This document shows, one piece after another, positions 57,910-64,000 of a stretch of DNA of 64,000 bases. How positions within the stretch are numbered: the stretch's first letter is position 1; each line of letters starts with the position of its first letter. A program made the position numbers and the translations under genes. The DNA comes from Dictyostelium discoideum (Eukaryota), in the NCBI GenBank assembly GCA_000004695.1, contig CM000154.2, positions 4,864,001 through 4,928,000 on the forward strand, written 5' to 3'. The notes under the pieces were generated by a model. The model did not search any database, was not told the DNA's origin, and worked only from the letters and a program-made list of their open reading frames with translations.

Positions 57910-58694
57910 ACTATTTTTAAAAGGTACACTAATTATTAAGTTGTTTGAAATTGGAAATGTAAAATCAATTGACCAAATATCAAGATTTTGTGACAAATAG
58001 AAATTTTCATTATAAACTATTCTGAATAAATTTCCACCCATTTTATATACCTTTACAATTTGTGAATCATATGTAAATTCAACATTTTCTGGCAAGTTAT
58101 TAATTCTGACAACCGAAAAATATTTAAAAGTAGTACTCCATATAACATCTTGAATAATATCTACTGATAGAGTTGAAATATTTAACTCTTTTTTTTATTT
58201 ATTATTAATAGAGAAAAAAATGATTAAAAAAAAAAATGATTAAAAAAAAAAAAATGATAAAAAAAAAAAAAAAAAATTGGTAATATGTTATTAATAAAAT
58301 ATTAAATATTAAAAATAATAATAAAAAAATTATTACCTTTACAATCTAAATTTAAATCAAAATATCCTATTGATGGATCAATAACAGTACCACTATTTGC
58401 AACAAATTGGTAAAAATTGTTACCTAATTGAGATTGAATATCAACTCTAAAAAGAGTAAAAGAAGAATTTGTCCATTGTATAAAACCTGCTATTAAAAAA
58501 TCTGTATCTGCCATAGTGTTAACCGTTTGACCTTGTAAACCCTCTACTAAAAAAAATTTTATTGTATAGCAACTATTTCCATTTAAAAAAGAAGAATTTT
58601 TTGAAGGTGTGAGATCTGTAAATTTAAATTGTTGAGCATTTACATTTAATTTTATTATTATAAAAATTAATAAAAAGAATAAATTCCTTATCAT
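54030..58694 (-). CDS. Large secreted type-I membrane glycoprotein, tandem copy A (~1417 aa): signal peptide, repeated beta-rich ectodomain modules, one EGF-like module, C-terminal TM and short basic tail. Exons 58694..58337, 58187..57912, 57836..57522, 57414..56716, 56635..54030.
   Basis: ATG 58694 (MIRNLFFLLIFIIIKLNVNAQQ, signal peptide). All four introns are phase 1 with GT donors (GTAATA, GTAAGT, GTAAAT, GTAAGA) and AG acceptors. Total CDS 4254 nt, in frame. EGF-like module CLGNPECGGKNKGYCQSGFGCICYSPWYGVDC. Pro/Thr linker. TM IAGIVIGSVCFVAIIVISVVYIF followed by KNKNSKKFKEQIQSKLKQLN*. Many NxS/T sequons. Possibly an IPT/TIG-type (tgr-like) family, but that is not verifiable from the sequence alone. 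Confidence 0.7.
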
Positions 58695-59511
58695 TTTTAT
58701 TTTTTTTTTTTAAGTAATGTTTTTCCAGACTAATTAAAAAAAAAAAAAAAAAAATGAAAATAAAAATAAAAATAAAACAAATAAAAAATAATAAAAATAA
58801 AAAAAAATAACAAAAAAAAAAAAAAAAAAAAAATCTTTTAAATGCCAACACCACAAAAAAAATTAGTCACATCAATACGAACACCCCAAAAAAAAAAAAA
58901 AACAATCAATTTAATCAAAAAAAAAAAGATTTTTTCAAAAAAAAATATCAAGTGAAAAGATAATTTTTTCATTTATTTTTGAACGGTTTTTTTTTTTTTT
59001 TTTTCGAAAAAGCCGATTAAAATAAATTGCAATGGAAGGGTGATGACATCATTAGCATTCGAAATACCAAACAATGAATTATTATTTTCATTTTATTTTA
59101 TTTTTTTTTTTTTTGTAAATTAGATCATTATTTGAAAATTATTATACTTTTTTTTTTTTTTTTTATTTTTGTTTTAGAAAAAAAAATTTAATAAAAAAAA
59201 AAAATGTTGTGAAAAATTAAAAAACGAATAAGATTTTTTTTTTTTTTTTTTTTTTTAAATGTAGTGTTTTAAAAAATATCTTTTAAACAGTGCATTTATA
59301 AAAATTTCGAAGCAAATTGGATTTTTTTTTTGGATGGTTATTTTTAGAATAATTCATAAATAAAAAATCATTAATAAAGATACATATTTATTTATAAGTA
59401 AGAAGTCAATATTAATCTTTATATATGTATGTAAAAATAAATAAAGACATTAGGTTTTATTTACTTTGTAGATTTTTATTTTTATTTTTATTTATATATT
59501 TATTTTTTGTT

Positions 59512-62500
59512 TTAATTTAATTGTTTTAATTTGCTTTGTATTTGTTGTTTAAACTTTTTGGATTTTTCATTTTTGATAAAAACATAAACAATAGAAATAA
59601 TAACAACTGCCACAAAACACACTGAACCAATTACAATTCCTGCAATTTTACTGGCTGATAATTCATTTGATTTTGAACAAATTGAATTCTCTCCTGATGC
59701 TGATTCGCTATCTAATAAAACAAAGAAATCTGGATCAATAATCACTTTATTTTTAAAATGTGGAATTTTAATTCCAATAAAAGTTTGAGTAGAGTGAGAT
59801 GTTGATTCAGCAATTGTATTTTGGAATTCATCTAACAATGTATTTTCAATACCAACAATATTGTCATCGACTACAGCCCTTTTAATGAATCTACCATACA
59901 TTGAATGATCTTGAACTTGAAGTTTAATGTAGTTAGAGTTGTCACCATTTGTAGTATCACCAAATTGTTTTAATGAACAAAAATCATCACTTTCATCTGT
60001 TGATAATATCGAAGCAAACATTACCAATTCTAGATTATTTAAAGCAGAGGAGAATACATAATTTTCAATTTCAATGGTAAATTTGACTGATGATGGATTC
60101 ATTTGGAGCTCTTGACCTGCAAATGTTATATTTTTGCTTGAATTAAACCATTGAATAATTGTTGTTATATTTGTGGTTTTAATGTCGTTACCATTTTGAG
60201 AAACTATTGATGTATTGTATCTACCAGTTGTTAAATCAATTTCATCAAATACCCATTTATCAAAAGGGAATGTTTTAATAACTTCACCTTTAAAACCTAA
60301 TTCTCTTATTGAAACTAAAGTTACCAATGATTTAAATAAAAATTCTGTTGAGTTTGTTTCTTGTCCACCACCACCACCTGGTATTGGAATTTCAACTGTT
60401 GGTCCTGAAGTATTTGTTTGTGGTGTTGGGATAATAATAATTTTTGAAGTACAATCAATTCCATACCAAGGAGAGTAACAAATGCATCCAAACCCACTTT
60501 GACAATAACCTTTGTTTTTTCCTCCACATTCTGGATTTCCTAAACATTTTTGAGGTGGATTTGTTGGTAATGGTGATATAGTTGGTTGTAAAGTTGGTTG
60601 TAAAGTTGGTTCTGGTGTATATGTTGGACCAGAATAATTAAAATTATAAACTATTGGATTAATTAAAAATTCATTTGATTTAATGTTAATTTGATTGGAA
60701 TCAAGTAATAATAATTTAAAAGGAATATCGATTAATGGTACCTCTGTTAATTTAATGAAACTTGAATAGGTTTTAGTTATTGTTTTTAAATTTATGTCAC
60801 TACCATTCGAAATATAAATAATCGCTGTATCAACTGTACGAAAGTTTTTACCAAAAATAAATAGAGTTGAATCTTTGTTTGTAAATTCTGAAACTGATGT
60901 TATTATTGGTATATTAAATGAAAAATCTGTAGAAACAAACCAATCTTGTTGTAATGGATTTAAATCCTTAATGTCTTTTGAAGAGAATCCACTATAGGTT
61001 CCTCTATTATTAATAAAGCCATAAACAGATATTAAGAAACCTTCAGGATATCCAAAACCTACTGGTACTTCTATTGTGCATGAAAAGGTTATAGTGGTCG
61101 TATTGGTAATTGTTGGTGTTGCTTGACATTGTTCCATTGCAAGTCGTTGTGGAACTAAATAAACTATTGGATTCTGTCCTTGTTTAAAACCGCTTTCTAA
61201 ATCTTGTGCTTGAAAAGTGAATGTTATTGATCTATCTAAAGAGCCTACATCCATTGAAGATCTCGAAGTTTTAAAGAATATTAAATTTGGAGGAGAACTA
61301 TCCAATTCGCCATTACAATAATAATTAAATATTAAGGGTGATGAATCATTAATGAAATGAATAAATGGATTACTAGTTGAATCAAAGAATTGAGAGTCCT
61401 CATAAAATTCTTGAACGAAATGTTTAACATATGTATTATTGTTACCATATGTATCGAATAAACTTGCTTGAGTTATTAAATAATCTTGAGTGATACAATT
61501 ACTAATTCCAATACCAAACTCCAATGGTATTATAATTTTGTAATCACCAATAATTTTATCACCACTTCCTTCTATTAAATTTGACATGCTTATTGTAATG
61601 TTGTAGAATGAAGAATCTAAAAGTCCTTTAACAATTAAAAAGCCATCTCTGAAACCGTTCACTTCATCTTGGATTGTATATACCCAACCATTCTGTTGTT
61701 TTATGATTTTGGTTACAATTGGTCCATAAATATCAACCTTAATTGAAGTTGCTCTTAATTGATATTCATTGGATAAATAATTACTATCAATTAAGTTTGT
61801 ATTATCAAGTACCAATGCATAACTTATATTTCCTGGTAGTGTATTTGCAGGTACTTTAAAGTTTACTCTAAATCTATTGGTTGTTTGGTCCCATACTGCA
61901 AATTTATAATTTGGATTTAAAATAGTAAATATACTATTTTCAAATCTAATATCTTTTAAAGATTTTTCATCAGTTAAATAAAAACCAATTGACAAATCTT
62001 TATAGTCTTCAATATTATTAAATGTAAAAAACATTATATTATCAACTGATTGGTCAGTGATATCAATGTCATTATATAAAAATGATACCTGAACTAAATC
62101 ATTTAAATAATTATAATCTATTAAAATAATATTAAAAAAATTATTAGAAATGAATTACAGTGGTTTTTTATGTGTAAAATTAATAGAACTTTCTTACTTT
62201 TTAAATTAATACTTGGATATGTAAGTTTTGAAAATTCATTACCAATTTGATAGACCGTGTCACCAAATTCATATGTACTTCGAGTATCTTTGGTGCCTAC
62301 AATTTTTATTGTATTTTTTATGCTAGCACTACTTAATTCAACAAAATCAAATTTTATTTCTGTAACAAACTCCCAAAAACCTTCAGAAGCGGTACCAGAA
62401 ACAAGCATACCATTATCCAAAACAATATACTTTGTTTCTTTAATTTCTAAAAATGAAACTGAAGATAAATTTGGTGAAACTGTACTTTTAATTCCAATTC

Positions 62501-63362
62501 GGTTTAAAAACTTTAGATTCCCGATATAAATTGATGTAAAATATTGGATTTCAAGTTTTCCAACATCGGTGTCGGGTAATATAATAAATGGTTCGAAATC
62601 CCCTCTCATTTTATGAGTACATCTTGGCATACATAAGTTTAAGATATTCAAAGGTGAAATTGACATTAAATCAGCTGGTAAAGAGAATCCAAATTTGACC
62701 ATTTCATTATTTCCTCCAATAAAGCCAAATGGAAAATCGGTAATAGTAAATGTTTGTTTATATTCTAATTGAAATGGATTAAAATCAAATTTAAATTCTG
62801 TTCCATTATACTCAGATGTAACCATTGCCATACCAACAGTTGAATTATCTTTGATAGAAGTTAACTTTGAGTTTGGTGTTTGTAATCTTGGGCTTTCTAT
62901 TTTTTTAATTTGAAATATTTACATATATATATATCAATTTTAATATTAATATATTTCGATTTTTTTTTTAAATATTTTAAGATTAAAAAAATTAAATCAA
63001 ATTTACCTGTTATATTAACAAAAAAATTGAAAAATTCTTTAAATGATGGTTGTGTTTCATTTTGTCCATATAATGAAAAGTCCATACCATTAGCCTTAAT
63101 TGGTAAACAGGTTGCAATAAATGTTAAATTATTTGGTTTACCTAAAATTGGTCTTGGTGTTGAATAATATCCTAAAGTACCCAACCTAAATACTGGATTT
63201 TGAAGATTTGATTTGATTCTAAACGATAAAAGTGAACTAAGTATATTTGAATATAAAACAAATTGTCCTAAAGGTGGATAAAGTTTTAAATCATAAATTT
63301 CATTCGTTACAATATTTCCTCCTTTTAAATTAAAATTAAAAATTTGTTAATAAATTATTAAT

Positions 63363-63398
<36 letters not shown>

Positions 63399-64000
63399 AC
63401 TATTTTTAAAAGGAACACTAATTTTTAAACTATTTGAAACTGAAAATGTAAAATCAATTGACCAAGTATTAAGATTTTGAAACAAATAGAAATTTTCATT
63501 ATAAACTATTCTGAATAAATTTCCACCCATTTTATATACCTTTACAATTTGTGAATCATATGTAAATTCAACATTTTCTGGCAAGTTTTTAATTTTTACA
63601 ACTGAAAAATATTTAAAAGTAGTACTCCATATAACATCTTGAATAATATCTACTGATAGAGTTGAAATATTTAACTCTTATTTTTTTTTTATTATAAAAA
63701 TATATATAAATAATAAAAAAAAAATTAGTAACATGATATTAAAAAATAAAAAATAAAAAAAATCATTACCTTTACAATCTAAATTTAAATCAAAATATCC
63801 TATTGATGGATCAATAACAGTACCACTATTTGCAACAAATTGGAAAAAACTGTTACCTCTTGGAGATTGAATATCAAATTCAAAAAGACTAAAAGAAGAA
63901 TTTGTCCATTGTATTAAACCTCCTATTAAAAAATCTACATCTCCCATAGTGTTAACCGTTTGACCTTGTAAACCCTCTACTAAAAAAAATTTAGTTGTTT
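59512..64000 (-). CDS. Tandem copy B of the same membrane glycoprotein gene; 5' end (signal-peptide exon) runs past the window end. Exons >64000..63769, 63676..63401, 63321..63007, 62896..62198, 62117..59512.
   Basis: Exon/intron structure and splice signals are identical to copy A at an offset of 5482-5489 bp. The 840-aa terminal exon is ~95% identical in protein to copy A; upstream exons are clearly more diverged. Confidence 0.65.

Larger units (their letters stand above)
53895..64000. repeat. Direct tandem duplication of a ~5.5-kb unit (unit A ~53895..59394, unit B ~59395..>64000), each carrying one membrane-glycoprotein gene.
   Basis: Both the 3' flank (taagtaagaaatcaatagtaatctttatatgtatgt at ~53895 versus ataagtaagaagtcaatattaatctttatatatgtatgt at ~59395) and the entire gene body repeat. 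Constant offset 5482 bp through the 3' exon, drifting to 5485/5489/5432 upstream because of intron indels. Confidence 0.85.

Noticed and set aside
1-64000. tRNA genes, rRNA and CRISPR arrays
   Set aside because: Scanned by eye for B-box-like GGTTCGAATCC / GTTCGA motifs and ~73-nt GC-balanced islands, and none was found. CRISPR does not apply to a eukaryotic nuclear locus, and no regularly spaced direct repeats with unique spacers exist.

Overview
The window is nuclear DNA from Dictyostelium discoideum or a close relative. The evidence is composition and gene structure: about 78% A+T, very A/T-rich intergenic DNA, poly-Asn/Gln coding microsatellites, and short AT-rich GT-AG introns. One gene encodes a 2205-aa kinesin-3, which matches the published length of DdUnc104 (kif1) exactly.

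I built about 23 protein-coding gene models by hand, most with 1-4 introns. The ORF track uses TTG/GTG as starts, so several 'M' residues are not real ATGs; for those genes I found upstream ATG micro-exons. Recognisable products are:
- SPFH/band-7 protein
- twin-Cx9C (CHCH) protein
- inactive M16 peptidase (cytochrome bc1 core/MPP-like)
- HssA/2C/7E-like small protein
- PLAA/Doa1-like WD40-PFU-PUL protein
- DH-PH RhoGEF
- RBR (RING-IBR-RING) E3 ligase
- TPR/acidic protein
- Sm-fold protein closest to U7-snRNP LSm10
- NAD-dependent epimerase/dehydratase-fold protein
- kif1
- RhoGAP
- RING + TRAF-zinc-finger + MATH protein
- THO complex subunit 2
- an 814-aa orphan whose C-terminal region carries an OAS/cGAS-like nucleotidyltransferase motif set
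- a tandemly duplicated (~5.5 kb unit) pair of genes for large type-I membrane glycoproteins (EGF-like module, C-terminal TM). Their 3' exons are nearly identical and their 5' ectodomain exons have diverged.

No tRNA, rRNA or CRISPR was found. Non-genic oddities are:
- a ~240-bp element with ~28-bp terminal inverted repeats (MITE-like) next to a TATA-to-poly(T) candidate small-RNA unit
- a ~180-bp imperfect palindrome
- a 660-bp non-AT-rich island with frameshifted coding-like fragments and a perfect 18-bp palindrome
- an apparent non-canonical exon1/exon2 junction in the THO2 gene

All functional calls come from motifs I recognise by eye and from family knowledge. No database search was run.
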